Shown here: piece after piece, positions 13,171-24,950 of the stretch
Layout of the letters: each line of letters begins with the position of its first letter
How positions within the stretch are numbered: position 1 is the first letter of the stretch
Assembly: GCA_030390025.1 (NCBI GenBank)
Contig: CM059431.1
Coordinates: 127,412,001 to 127,476,000, forward strand
Source: Squalus acanthias
Lineage: Eukaryota
Length of the DNA stretch: 64,000 nt
Direction of reading: 5' to 3'
The notes under the pieces: generated by a model
The model's input: only the letters and a program-made list of their open reading frames with translations
Database searches by the model: none
What the model was told of the DNA's origin: nothing
Translations under genes and position numbers: made by a program

Positions 13171-15265
13171 CAGGCACATAATGACAGAAAAAAAGATCCC
13201 TGAATGTACATTCATTGAAAATATGACCATATATGTTTTTTTGAACTCATTGGTCTGACGTCATTGGCAGAGGAGCAAACAAGTATAAGTTTTAAATTAA
13301 GAATGGTTCCACCTGAACAGGTAGCTCTGTTGGTAAAGACAGCGTGTAAATCAACCAATCATAAAGCCCTAGATTCAATTATTGTGCCGACGTTAACTGA
13401 TCTCTGTGGGCTGGAAGCAAAGATGCTTTAATCAAACTCAGTGCCCTGTGCTGTGAAGGGGCAAAATCAGCTTGGTCCTAATCATTTATCCAGTGTTATA
13501 TTTTCCTATTCTTCACCCATTTCCAGTGGGCCAGTGTGCTCATGGGCCTCCTCGTCATCCTGCTGCATGTTTATTCCTTCTTTGATGGCAAAATCGAGCA
13601 GCATGTAGGAAAAAGGAATGGACCAAAATTTGCTGCCAAAATAACCACGAGTTAAATGTGCACACTTTTATCAGTGTGTAAATAACCGAACAATTTGTGA
13701 GGAGGAAGAGATACCCCACGAGTTGCGAATCACCACAAGTTAATGGATGATTTGCGCCACTCCACCGTTACCCTCGTAAAAACAGGAGCTCGCCGTCAAC
13801 CTTCTCGTGAGTTTCAAGAAATTGCTGCATTTTCGCTTTTAAAACAAATTAAACTTGCTGCAGAAAGTTAGGACTGGTACTTAACGACAGAATTTTGCAG
13901 ACTTTAGCTGGACAGTATAGCAGTAGATCAGAGAAGCAGGCACCCAACCTCGCGTGCTTGATTTTCCAAGGGGCGATTTGGGTGTAAGTAATTAGGCAAT
14001 CTGACCATTGTGTGTGGCCTCATTTCAATATATCAATTCATTATAACACGGAAGTTTACAAGTTTGGCCATGCTCTGCCCACAGTGAGAGCCTCTTCCGT
14101 AAATTGGTCATGCAGGAATACTGGAGAACTTGTCCACTGAAGTAGGCCTGTTAAAGCAAGAAGGCAAGTTTTAACTTCATTTTATTTTAGGCCTCGATTT
14201 TAAATCCAGGCCAGTTTTGCGCTGATGGGTATATCTCCATAGCTGTCAATAACATATGGGAACAGTGCTTCCTCCCCTCCCCCAGCACTCTTAGAAATGC
14301 TCTCCCTTCATCACATTCTTCAGTGCCCAGCACAAGAGCACACCACACCACCTTTTATTTTCGTTACAAGCAAACACTTAGCTCTTCCTTGTAGCCATTA
14401 GCGCCATTTTCTATTCACTTGGTAGCCTTTGTACAATCACCAGGTACTCTCATGGCTCCTTCCTCACTTCACACTGGTCCTTTCCAGCCAACACCTCCCC
14501 ACCTTGATTCCAACTTTGCTACTTCTCACTTTCAGCAAGGGCAGAGCAAACAGAGTTCCACACAGCTGCACTCCCCTTTGTAGAAGACGCCCATTAACTC
14601 TCCCCCCCTCTCTCCGCGAGACAAGGAGAGGAGTAAAACTAGGGCAACCAGACAACATCGTAAACCTGTCCGAGCTGCAGTAACAAGTGTTGGAAATCAG
14701 TGACCCCTCTGGAACTATCAGAATAGGACATTTCGAGACTGGGGGCTTCTTTGACTATTACTTGCACCCCTTCATGAAGCTGTGAAAAATGCACAATCAT
14801 GAAACTCATGCAGCTTGACCACATCAAGTTGAATTGTGATGCCTGTCATCTGCTATTGTCCAGCCTCTCAGTGCCATCATAACTCTTCTCTTTTTTCTCT
14901 TTCCTCTAGGTCCTTCTCAGCAGCCACAGACCACAGAAGAAAACACCTCAGAGGAGGTGAATCCTTCTGAGGTGGCACTTTCATGCATTGCCTCGCTCCC
15001 AAGCACCAGCACAGAGTTTGACAGCCAGGCTGGGTTAGAGATTGAGTAAGAGGAGTCTGCGTCTGGTGATACACCCAGCACTACTGAGCAGCACCAATAC
15101 TTTTATTTATTTCTTGCTTACTGCTGGTTTGGATTCCGACCTTATCAAGATGTGAGGATTGGTATTCCTTTGAGGAATTCCAAACATGCTGCATAATTGA
15201 GATGAGGAAGAAGACTCGATGGGCCAAATGACCTCCTTCTGTGCTGTACTATTCTATGATTCTAA

Positions 15266-17862
15266 GGGCTGGTTTTGCCAGCGCTCAGAGGGCAGGTTTG
15301 GAGGCGGGTCCACTGTCAAAATAGCAAAGATTGACAGCGGGTAGGAAACCCGCCTCCACGCGAGTTTCCCAGGTGTTGGGTCTGTCAGCGGAGAACTGAC
15401 CCGAAACCAAGCGGCAGGGGAGACAATTTAGATCATTAAATGGCTTGTTAACAGTCAATTTAATGCTATTTTGATGCTACCTTGCAATTTTACATCCTCC
15501 CCCATGGGTTACCCACTGCTCGGGGAACACGCCAGCTCACCCTGTCATGAGTTGAGTCTGCTTTGATGTATCTGATAAGCTCACAGCTGCAGAAGTGGTA
15601 TAAAGGATACCATGTTGCGGATGTTCAGTTTCAGAGCTCAAACTGTTGGTTACTGCATTTGTAAGACATATAGGGGGAGAAAATCTGTATCGCCCCGTTT
15701 GGGGTGCGATTATCGGCCGGGCGCAAAGTTTAGCGCCTGGCGCTAATTATCGCCTCCGACTGCAAACTTGGCTTTTATCGCCCCTGGAGGTGATTGGAGC
15801 GCTAAATCAGGCGCTGCACACCTGTCTTAAGACGCAAAGGCTGAGGAGCGAGGCGCTAACTCAGAGCGCGGGTGCAGCGCAGGTGATGTCAGTTTGCGAT
15901 GGAACACAGACACCGGACAGTTCTTAAAGGGGAGGGTTGATCTTGCTCTCCATCCACACCCTGCTCATTGCAGCCTTGAATCTCAGCCTAGAGAGACCTG
16001 TACATCAAATCTGTTGGAATGAACAATGGAGAGGCCCAGGGAAAGAGCTCAGAGTGCAGCCCCCCAAGTCTCTTCTAAATCAATGCAAGGAAGATCAAAT
16101 CAAAAAGAGCCTGCAAAGTGCTGCTCTGTACCGAAAACTCCTCAACACAGCTTTGAATATTTCCTGCAGTCTCTCTCTCTCACTCAGAATGCGTGCTGCA
16201 AAAGTTTTGCCGACCAAAAAAAGTCAGGAAGCGGTCGTCTTTAAATAGCGCTCCCCCAGTCCCTTCCTGACTGCAAAACGCTCCCCTCAACCTGTCGTTG
16301 CTAGCGGCAGGCGGTAAGACAGGGGGCGCCACTCAATATCCGGTCCGGGGCACTACAGGGGCTTTGCACGCTCGACTGGCGTCACGATCTGCGGGCGCAG
16401 GAGATCGTGGCGGTAGTGTTTGGTGCCGCCACAAAATGTCTAGTCAATTTCGTGAACAGCGCAAACATCACCGCGCATGGGCGCTAGTTGCTTTGCGCCC
16501 CATTAGCGCCCTCTTAAGGCGCTAACGGGAGGCGCAAACAAACCGAATTTTTCCCCCATAGAGATTTATTTAGCTTGCAAGTGTTTAGAGCCAACAGTAT
16601 AATTAGTGCCACCTCATTGGAACAACCTCTATCACCAGTGACAGATCAGTTCTGTCATCTTACCTGCAGCTGCCATCTAATGCAGCAACATTGCTGCCCT
16701 TGGAAAAATCAGACCTTGGTCCTCTGAATCCTTCCACGATCAGCCCCAACACCAACATCACCAACAACATGAACAACCTTCTCCGCCATCACATGATGCT
16801 GCACAGGACACAGGACATCAGCCTCTGCCAACATTGCTGCCCGGGAGGCCAGCGATGGCATCACCATGGCCAAATTTACTTCACTTGATGCTGTAAACCT
16901 TGGCTGCCACATGATGCGCCAGGTTGGCACAATCCCACACCAGCACCGTGAAGCATCCCTTTAATTTCCAAGCCATTCCATGCACACACATCACTATAGC
17001 GGGGGTGGGGGGGAGTTATGTCTCAACATTCACTGGAACTCAGGAAGACACTTCTCAAGGTGCGCACAGATCTGTCCAATAAGGTGAAGTGTTGAAAATA
17101 TGGATTTCACTGTATGACAACACATTACCAGAAACTTCACATGAACATTGGCTAAACCTTTCAAGTGCCTACCCTTGTGTCTTGTTAGTTTGTCTGCTTG
17201 CTGTATGATGAGGGTAATTGTGAGGGGTGGCTAGTGAGATGGGGAAGTGATAATCTAGATAGAAAGGGATGGGTGGAGGTGCAAGGTAAGTTGGTGTGAG
17301 TAAGGATGTGCAGGAGTAGGGTATGGAAGGCAGAGTGATGGGGATGCAATGAGTGCACAGCAGGATGAACTTTGCAGTAACGTTTTGTGATCTACTGAGA
17401 TCATTCAAAGGTTGGCGCCACTACTGTGCAATGTGCAACCAGACTGCGTTGATCTCCTGGGGAGGTCTCTTCCGCCCATGGGAAGAGAAGAGAATCTCCC
17501 TGCGTGCCGTGACTCCCTCCATAAGCATATGGAGGGAGTCATGCGTGAGCCTGGGTGAAGATGTGCACCTCTGTGCAGTGCTTGTCAGTGTTTTCGGCAC
17601 CTCAATGCTGTAGAACACTGACAGCACAACTGTCAAAATAAATGTGGCTGTGGTCCCTTTAAGGAACTGACTGATGACACGTTATCAAATGACGCCGACA
17701 GACCCACTTCCTGTTAATTGACCAGGAACCCTGCAGGGCGGGCTTAACAAGGCCAATCTACGGAAAATCATTTTCAGAGAGTGGCTGCAGACGGGAGCGG
17801 GACCGGAACCCGCTATCCAGCACTCCCGCCGTCATCCCACCTCCGCAGGGAAAATCCAGCCC
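15266..17862. mobile_element. Internally deleted Harbinger retaining Myb exon 1 (minus); split by a MITE
   Basis: TIRs GGGCTGGTTTT / GGGCTGGATTTT (rc), flanks TAA/TGA; ORF 17421-17636 PRLTHDSLHMLMEGVTARREILF..GRKRPPQ; colinear with 53633-55349. Confidence 0.8.
15673..16557 (-). mobile_element. Harbinger MITE of the 21106 family, copy 1
   Basis: TIRs GGGGGAGAAAAT / GGGGGAAAAATT; ATA on both flanks; ends homologous to 21106-25308; empty site visible in paralog near 54040-54060. Confidence 0.93.
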
Positions 17863-18012
17863 TGAGAATTTGTGAGGAGTCAACAGATGCAACATGGCCT
17901 GAAGTGTTTTCACTGGGCCCATCACAGGGCCCTGTAGCTGGTCACTTCCTTTTCACAAGATGGGCAGCTACAGAATTGTGTCATCTGCTGCACAATGATC
18001 TGGAGATAACCA

Positions 18013-18146
18013 GGTAGATTTTCAACTTGCCACACGGGTGTAAAACTGATATTATGGATCGGCCGCCCGTTATAGAAACCGCCTATTTTCTATAATGAGC
18101 AGCCAATACCAATTTTAAGCTCAAGCAGCAATTTGAAAATCCATCT
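18013..18146. mobile_element. Short MITE-like element
   Basis: GGTAGATTTTCAA ... TTGAAAATCCATC inverted ends. Confidence 0.5.
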
Positions 18147-18338
18147 CAATATCTTTACCTTTTAAGTGCTGCTCCCTTGCCAAGTCACCATAATTCCCTA
18201 ACACTCAATAATCCACTATTATTATCATTAACAAACTTTAAATGGGATGTAAATCAGGTGGTTTCTACAATGGGTGGGCGATCCGCTCAGCTAGATTAGT
18301 TGGTGAAGGTAGCAATTACCATATTGTTAAAAGACATC

Positions 18339-19184
18339 AGGCTGGATTTTCCAAGCCCTGAGGAGGCGGGCATGGAGGCGGGACTGCCAGTAAAGTAGCA
18401 GAAAGTGGGGGCAGATGGCAAACCCGCCCCCATCCCACCTCCGTGCCCTTTAGCCAGGAGGCGGGAAGATGTGCTGCTTTGAGTCCCGTCTCCTGGAGGC
18501 GGGAAAGGCTTTAAATCCTTTTAACTGCCTGTTAACAGGTAGTTAACAGGCAGAAAAAAGGATTAGAGCCATTTTACCTTCACAGGTGAAGGCTTCCCGA
18601 CCTCGGAGAACCCCGCCAGGTTGGAGGAGTCGAGTAGGAGGTCTGCGGGGGTCGGAGGCACCTGGAAGTAAGATGTAGAGGTGAGTGATGGGTGCAAGTG
18701 TGGAGCGGTAAGTATGTAAGGTGAGTGATAGGTGTTAAAAAATGTTCACTTACCTTGTTTTCTTCCTACAGCCTTCATCCTCTCTGGATCGGGAGACCTG
18801 ATATCTTCCTTGTCGATTTCACAGACTGGCTGTTGGATCCTCCGAACCAACAGTCATCTGAAATCGACAAAGTTGAAAGGTTTGATGAGTCCTGAACACA
18901 ATGCTTCATCAAACTACAGAGAATGTCAGTGTTTGACAGCTTCATAGAGCTGTCAAACACTGACATTTCCTCTTTCAAGAAGTCTTGACAGATAGCACAT
19001 CTGACGTTGACGTGCTCTGTCAGTGACTTCCTCCTTAATTGGCCTGCTGAGACCGCAGGGCGGGCTTAACAAGGTCAATCAGGGGAAAATCCCTCTGGTT
19101 GGTCAAACGATGATGGAGGCAGGACATTGGCATGACAAGCAGCAGTCCTGCCTCCAACTCGTCTTCATTGAGAAAATGCAGCCA
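18339..19184. mobile_element. Non-autonomous Harbinger derivative
   Basis: GGCTGGATTTTC left, GAAAATGCAGCC right; GGCGGG-rich subtermini shared with the 46766 and 15266 elements. Confidence 0.65.
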
Positions 19185-19473
19185 ATTAGATCAGATATTT
19201 ACAGAATTGTACACTTAGTAATGCTGTATTTGAAACTGTGCACTGTAAATACTGTAATACACTGAAAATCCTATGTCTTATAAGAAATAGTATGTAACAG
19301 TCATAAATATGGTTTGAAAAAAATTATGGTTTGAACATTCTGTTCTTGATTCTAAGGAAATTGTAATGATTTGATCTACAGCAAGTGAGGCAAACAGCTT
19401 TGTATGTCCTTGACCAAATGATAAAGAACTAAAAGAAGAAATAATGTACTAACTTATGTAATCAAGACACAAG

Positions 19474-20012
19474 GACCTAGAATTTGGGGGTGGCAATGAC
19501 TGCCATGATGAATCTGACAAAACTGGTCCTCTTGCGTCATCAGGACGTGGACCAAGAAACAGTGTGTCAGTCACAAAAAGGACGAAATTCGGCCAGGGCT
19601 GGCACGGGCCTACTGTGAGTACAGGGAGGGGAATGAGATGAGGAGGGGACTGAGGGTTGGCTAGCAGCGGCCCGCAGTTTTAATGTGGAACACATCAGCT
19701 CCTCCCAGCTCGCATTCAAGTATTGCTTATCTTTTTGGTGGCAGCATTCAGCAGTTCATTTAAGGACAGCTGGTTTGGCCACTTTAGGCCCAAGAAACCG
19801 GACCTCAGCGTGTGTGGCGATTGTGTATCGGAAAGGGGCCTGAAACAGTTGTTAGGCACTGGATTGACATAGAATGTGGGTCTAATGCTAGTTTCAGGCA
19901 AGCACCCTGGATGACTGTTGCAATTAGCACACGCATGCCTCTTGCTGTATTGGACCCACCAGCACCCATTTTTCCCTGTTAAAACAGAACCGCGCGATCC
20001 AATTTCTAGGCC
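19474..20012. mobile_element. Harbinger-like MITE
   Basis: GACCTAGAATTTGG / GGCCTAGAAATTGG (rc) ends. Confidence 0.55.
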
Positions 20013-20502
20013 AACAACTTTTCAGATGATGAAATTGGCAAATGCTAATTTTGTCTTTTAAGAATATGACACTGATTAATTTTTTTAACTAAACATGTAA
20101 CATTTTGCACTCCTGATGCTGCAAGCATACTAACTAGATTGAATAATGTGAACTAACTGAGGCACATTCAGCTTCTGAAGACTGTTATTGCTCTCTGTAC
20201 CAAGACTGTTCAAAGGATCTGAAAAGAAGTATAGCATCTGTTTACAACAAAAGGTGGATTAAACCACCAGGGTAGAACATTGTAAACAAAAGGGCCAATT
20301 ACACTACATGAAGCGAAACAGCATGTGACAATAAACGGAATTACAGATAAGAGGGCAGTAAGTTAAATTAATGCAGCACTTGGATGTACAAAAATGAACT
20401 TGCATTGAACCAATGTCAGGGGCTGGCAATAAATAACTAACAATATAAAATAGTGAAGCTATAACCCAATGGGCCAGATTTTGCTCTCAAGATAACGGTG
20501 AG

Positions 20503-20900
20503 ACTTGAGAGGAGATTTGATAGAGGTGTTCAAAATCATGAGGGGTCTAGACAGAGTAGAGAGAGAGAAACTGTTCCCATTAGCGGAAGGGTCGAGAACC
20601 AGAGGACGCAGATTTAAGGTGATTGGCAAAAGAACCAAAGGCGACCTGAGGAAAAACTTTTTTACGCAGCGAGTGGTTAGGATCTGGAATGCACTGCCTG
20701 AGAGGGTGGTGGAGGCAGACTCAATCGTAGCTTTCAAAAAGGGAGTTGGATAAGTACCTAAAGGAAAAAAATTTGCAGGGCTACGGGGAAAGGGCGGGGG
20801 ATTGGGAGTAGCTGAAGTGCTCTTGCAGAGACCCGGCACGGGCTCGATGGGCCGAATGGCCTCCTTCTGTGCTGTAACCATTCTATGATATGATTCTATG
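20503..20900 (+). mobile_element. CR1 LINE 3' end (5'-truncated)
   Basis: LRGDLIEVFKIMRG...RTRG..FK...FFTQRVV..WNALP; ATTCTATG tail. Confidence 0.92.
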
Positions 20901-21277
20901 GTACAGCAACTTCAGGCGAGTGGTAAATGCATGTTTAAATGTCAACGTCCGAGTTGCGCCGATCCGCCATTAGCTTTGCGAAAACAGCATCTCGCTGTCT
21001 GCCTCACCATTGAAATGCATTGAATGGTGTGAAGTTGCTGTATTTACGCAGTAGATATGAACTAAGCCCACCACAGAAAGTTAAGTCTTGTCATTTGAAG
21101 TGTAAGGGGTAAAAATTCAGTTGGTTGCGCCTCCCGTTAGCGCCTTAAGAGGGCGCTAATGGGGCGCAAAGCCGCTAACGCCCGGGTGCAGCGATGTTTG
21201 CGCCGCTCGAGAACTTAACTAGAGATTGTGCGGCGGCGCTAAAACTTACCGCTGCGACCACCTGCGCGCGCAGATTA

Positions 21278-21426
21278 TGACGTCATTCCATGGTGCAACG
21301 CCCTTGTGGCGCCCCGGAGCGGAAATTGAGTGGCGCCCCCTGCCGTACCCCCTGGCGCTTCCAACGACCGGAAGACTGGAACGCTATCAATCGCTGTGGG
21401 GCTGGGGGGGGGCGCTATTTAAAGGG
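21278..21426 (+). promoter_or_regulatory. Putative transposase promoter (CRE-like TGACGTCA and TATA-like TATTTAAA)
   Basis: TGACGTCA 21278-21285; TATTTAAAGGG from 21416, ~200 bp upstream of the ATG; TATA-like box retained in the MITEs. Confidence 0.45.
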
Positions 21427-21617
21427 GGCCTCTTCCTGACTTTTTCTGTGGTCGACATTTATGCACCACTGGTTCTGAGAGAGAGAGAGAGATTCGGAGA
21501 GAGAGAGAGAGAGACTTCTACATTGACTCAACGCTTTGTGAGGTAGTTTTGCCTATTCATCCTAACTTTGTTGCTACTTTAGTTGCTGTCCCTCATTACT
21601 TTTCTTGCAAAGAGAAT

Positions 21618-22778
21618 ATGGGGGCTGCACTGATTGGGGGCGTCGTCCTGCTCCAGCTGAATCGGAGGATACAGAGACGCAGAGACAGAGTGGCAATGAT
21701 GGCCAGACGGAGGAGGGCCATCAGGCGCATGTACAGGAGAGCTTACCCTCCCAGGGTATATCGTGAACAGCTCTCCTACATCCATATGTCCGAGGAGCTG
21801 TGTTTGCGAAGGCTGCGATTCAGCAAGGAGGTGGTCACTGAGCTCTGCCACCTGCTGCAGCCAGATCTGCAGCCTCAACTGAGGTCCAGGACGTCTCTGT
21901 CGGTGGCAGTGAAGGTCACAGTGGCTTTGACCTTCTACGCCACTGGCTCATTCCAAGTTGCTGTTGGGGACCTCGCCAATATCTCCCAGTTCGCGGTGCA
22001 TCGCTGCAACCGGCAGGTCACAAATGCCCTCTTCAGAAGGAGACGAGAGTTCATCTCTTTCCCTATGACCCCAGACAAGCAGCGTGACCGCGCTCTGGGC
22101 TTTGCGAGGGTAGCGGGCTTCCCCATGGTGCAGGGCGCCATTGACTGCACGCATGTGGCTTTGCATGCTCCGCGTGAGAATGCAGAGGAATTCAGGAACA
22201 GAAAGGGGTTCCATTCCTTGAATGTCCAGTTGGTCTGTGACCACAGACAGCTGATACTTGCTGTCAATGCCCACTATCCTGGCAGCTGCCACGATGCTTT
22301 TATCCTGCGCCAGACTACTGTGGCAGAACTTTTCGAGGCACCGCATCAGCCAGTTGGTTGGCTTCTCGGGGACAAGGGGTATGCATTGAGCACCTGGCTG
22401 ATGACACCGCTCCGTACGCCAAACACCCCTGCTGAGCTGCGGTACAATGAAAGCCATCAAGCAACCAGGAACATTATTGAGCGCACAATCGGCGTGCTGA
22501 AACAACGGTTCCGCTGTCTGGACCATTCCGGAGGAGTCCTGCAGTACTCGCCTGAGCAAGTATCGAACTTCGTAGTCGTGTGCTGCATGTTGCACAACAT
22601 GGCAATCCTCAGGACCCAGCCAATGCCACCAGGCCTTGTAGCACCACCAGAGGAGGAGGAGGAAGAGGAGGAAGAGGACGAGGACGATGATCATCAGCAG
22701 CACCAAGGCGGGAGGGCGGCCCACAATGGCCAAACTGCAAGGGCCGTCCGTCAACGGCTAATAGCAAGCCGCTTCTAG
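21618..22778 (+). CDS. PIF/Harbinger DDE transposase (HARBI1-like family), 386 aa, uninterrupted
   Basis: ATG at 21618 within ORF 21549-22778; motifs GAIDCTH, NRKGFHSLNVQLVCD, PGSCHDA, LLGDKGY, RNIIERTIGVLKQRFRCL, CCMLHN; acidic tail. Confidence 0.95.
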   Translation: MGAALIGGVVLLQLNRRIQRRRDRVAMMARRRRAIRRMYRRAYPPRVYREQLSYIHMSEELCLRRLRFSKEVVTELCHLLQPDLQPQLRSRTSLSVAVKVTVALTFYATGSFQVAVGDLANISQFAVHRCNRQVTNALFRRRREFISFPMTPDKQRDRALGFARVAGFPMVQGAIDCTHVALHAPRENAEEFRNRKGFHSLNVQLVCDHRQLILAVNAHYPGSCHDAFILRQTTVAELFEAPHQPVGWLLGDKGYALSTWLMTPLRTPNTPAELRYNESHQATRNIIERTIGVLKQRFRCLDHSGGVLQYSPEQVSNFVVVCCMLHNMAILRTQPMPPGLVAPPEEEEEEEEEDEDDDHQQHQGGRAAHNGQTARAVRQRLIASRF

Positions 22779-23072
22779 GGCCCCTGCCATTGCTACCAAC
22801 ATTAATCAACCCAGCACGCAACCCCTAAGCCGGCCAAGGCACCAATAATTCCAACCGCCAGCCATGTATATTTTGAATACAGAAACTTATTTATTTTACA
22901 AACTCTGTGTGTGTCAATTCCTCATGACAAACTCATAGAAATAAACACAAAAAAACAGTCAATAACATAACTGGTTCTCACAACCTGGAGATAATGTCCA
23001 AAACACTAAACAAAAGTTGGACCATGAACCTCGGCCTTTAATAAAAAAATGACCAGCATTTTGTCTCACCTC

Positions 23073-24950
23073 CTACTTTTTGCCCTTCGAGGGTGATCTC
23101 CTTCCCTTGCGCACTTCCCCCCTTCTAACCCTACTGCTCCTCCATAATGGGACCTCAGTGGCTGCAGCAAGGCTGGTGGAAGGCTGCTGCTCGTCAGACC
23201 CTGACACTGCAGATGCCCCTCAAGGACGGCCTCGACCACTTCTGGGCCTGGAGGGCCCGGCTGCAGACTGCACCAACTCTGCATGGGTGGCAGCAGTCTG
23301 TCCTACAGGCGGTGGCAAGTGCAGTGGAGAAGTGACAGTGTTGGCAGCAGGAATGCTGTCATCGTGAGAGAGGACATCAACTCCCTGCTCGCCCGACACA
23401 CTGGCACTCCCACGGGGCAGCACTTCAGCATCCAGAGCAATCTGCCGGAGAACAGATTGCTGGCCTGCTGCGGCGCGGTGACAGCCCCGGGGACATGTGC
23501 ACGAACCATCGAGGTTGGCAGCAGTTTGTGCTCACGTGGCCTCAATCTGAGTCTGTATGAGAGCAGTCAGAGATGGGATCACGGCAGCCAGTGACTGAAT
23601 TGCAGCACTAAGCGTTAGTGTGGCATCCGCCTGTGCTACAGCAAAGTGCTCCACACTCCTTGCCAGTGACTCAATGCATTCGGGCACCCTTCCCACTGCA
23701 CCCATGAGCTCAGTGTGCATGCCCACCGCCTGGGTGTTCATATCTGCAATCAGCCGCTCCTCCTCTGCGTCCATTGCAGTAGGAGTGTCTGGCATACTCT
23801 CCCTCTTGGGGAGAAGGCCCCCGTTCTTCCCTACCCCCCCCCCATGGCGTTGCTGCAGCCCGCTGGGTCCTGGAGCTTCACCCTCATCAGCCCCTTCCCC
23901 CCTGCTCCCCTCCGGGGAAGGCGTGTTCCCAGTGTGGGCATGGGCTTCCTCGGGAGAGGGTGGCACTGATGCTCTGGCTTCCTCTTCCTCCTCAGCTGCA
24001 GCATCACTCCCAGTGGCAGCTTCAGGGCCCGTCTCCTCAGCTGGTGAATCACCATCTGAAAGCAGGGAGGTACAAGAGTGGCTTTAGCGTGAGGACAGGG
24101 TGGCAGTAAGGGAGGAATAAGTGCAGCGAGTTAGCAAGTTGGATTGAAAGTGTCAAAGGCTGGTGTTGTGAGGGACAAGTGGAAGGACAGAGGACAAAAA
24201 GGTGATGACCTTACCATTGCTGTCCAGAACGGGGTCGGCGTCTCCAGTGGCGACGGGACCGATCACCCGGCTTGCCACAATCCTGTGGACGCGCTCCTCC
24301 AGATCGCTGAGGGGTTGCAGCTGAGGCCGCCCTCCACCTGTCCGTTGCTGCTGTCTCCTATTATGAGCCAGCTTAGCCTGCAAGAAAAAGGACAGCATCT
24401 GAGTAAATATACAGCCATGGTCTTGCCTGATGTGCCTCCCATAGGTGAATAGCCCTTACTGTATGCAGCCATGGTCTTGCCTGATGTGCCTCCCATAGGT
24501 GAATAGCCCTTACTGTATGCAGCCATGGTCTTGCCTGATGTGCCTCCCATAGGTGAATAGTCCTTACTGTATGCAAAGTGTGGAATGTGTGTGTGTGTTT
24601 GATGAAAGGGCCATAGGTGTTGCATGAGTGTTGTGCATTGGGGTTTCAAGACCCTCTGGCCATAGAGTGAGGTTGAGATGGAGGGATGGAGAGGTATTGA
24701 GAAAAAGCCACTCACCCTGACGACCCGAGTGAGGTCGTTGAACTTTTTGCGGCATTGAGTATGGGTCCTGGGCACCATGCTGCTGGAGGAGACGCTCTGA
24801 GCCACCTCCCTCCACACTCTTCTGAACTCGCGTGGCAAAGGCCTCCTGCCACTCAGGGAACAGCATACATCGTCTGCGCTCCACTGCGCCAACCAGAGCA
24901 TCCAAGGCCCGCTCGGTGAAGCGATGAGCGCGTTCTCTCACCCTCTCCAT
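23073..24950 (-). pseudogene. Harbinger Myb/SANT (trihelix) gene, 3 exons (24950-24716, 24377-24215, 24055-23073) with one frameshift and two premature TGA
   Basis: MERVRERAHRFTERALDALV..., WREVAQSVSS..PRTHTQCRKKFNDL; GT-AG introns in consistent phases 0 and 1; 1-nt deletion ~24858; TGA at 23532 and 23220 in frame; basic tail RRGEVRKGRRSPSKGKK. Confidence 0.88.
24412..24573. repeat. 54-bp tandem triplication in Myb intron 1
   Basis: CAGCCATGGTCTTGCCTGATGTGCCTCCCATAGGTGAATAGCCCTTACTGTATG x3, one mismatch. Confidence 0.95.

Noticed and set aside
21948..22754. 268-aa antisense ORF over the transposase
   Set aside because: Consistent with a codon-bias shadow of a GC-rich coding strand; no independent motif
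21618..22778. Domesticated host HARBI1 gene
   Set aside because: Enclosed by TIRs and TSD with a Myb partner and MITE relatives, so it is a transposon ORF
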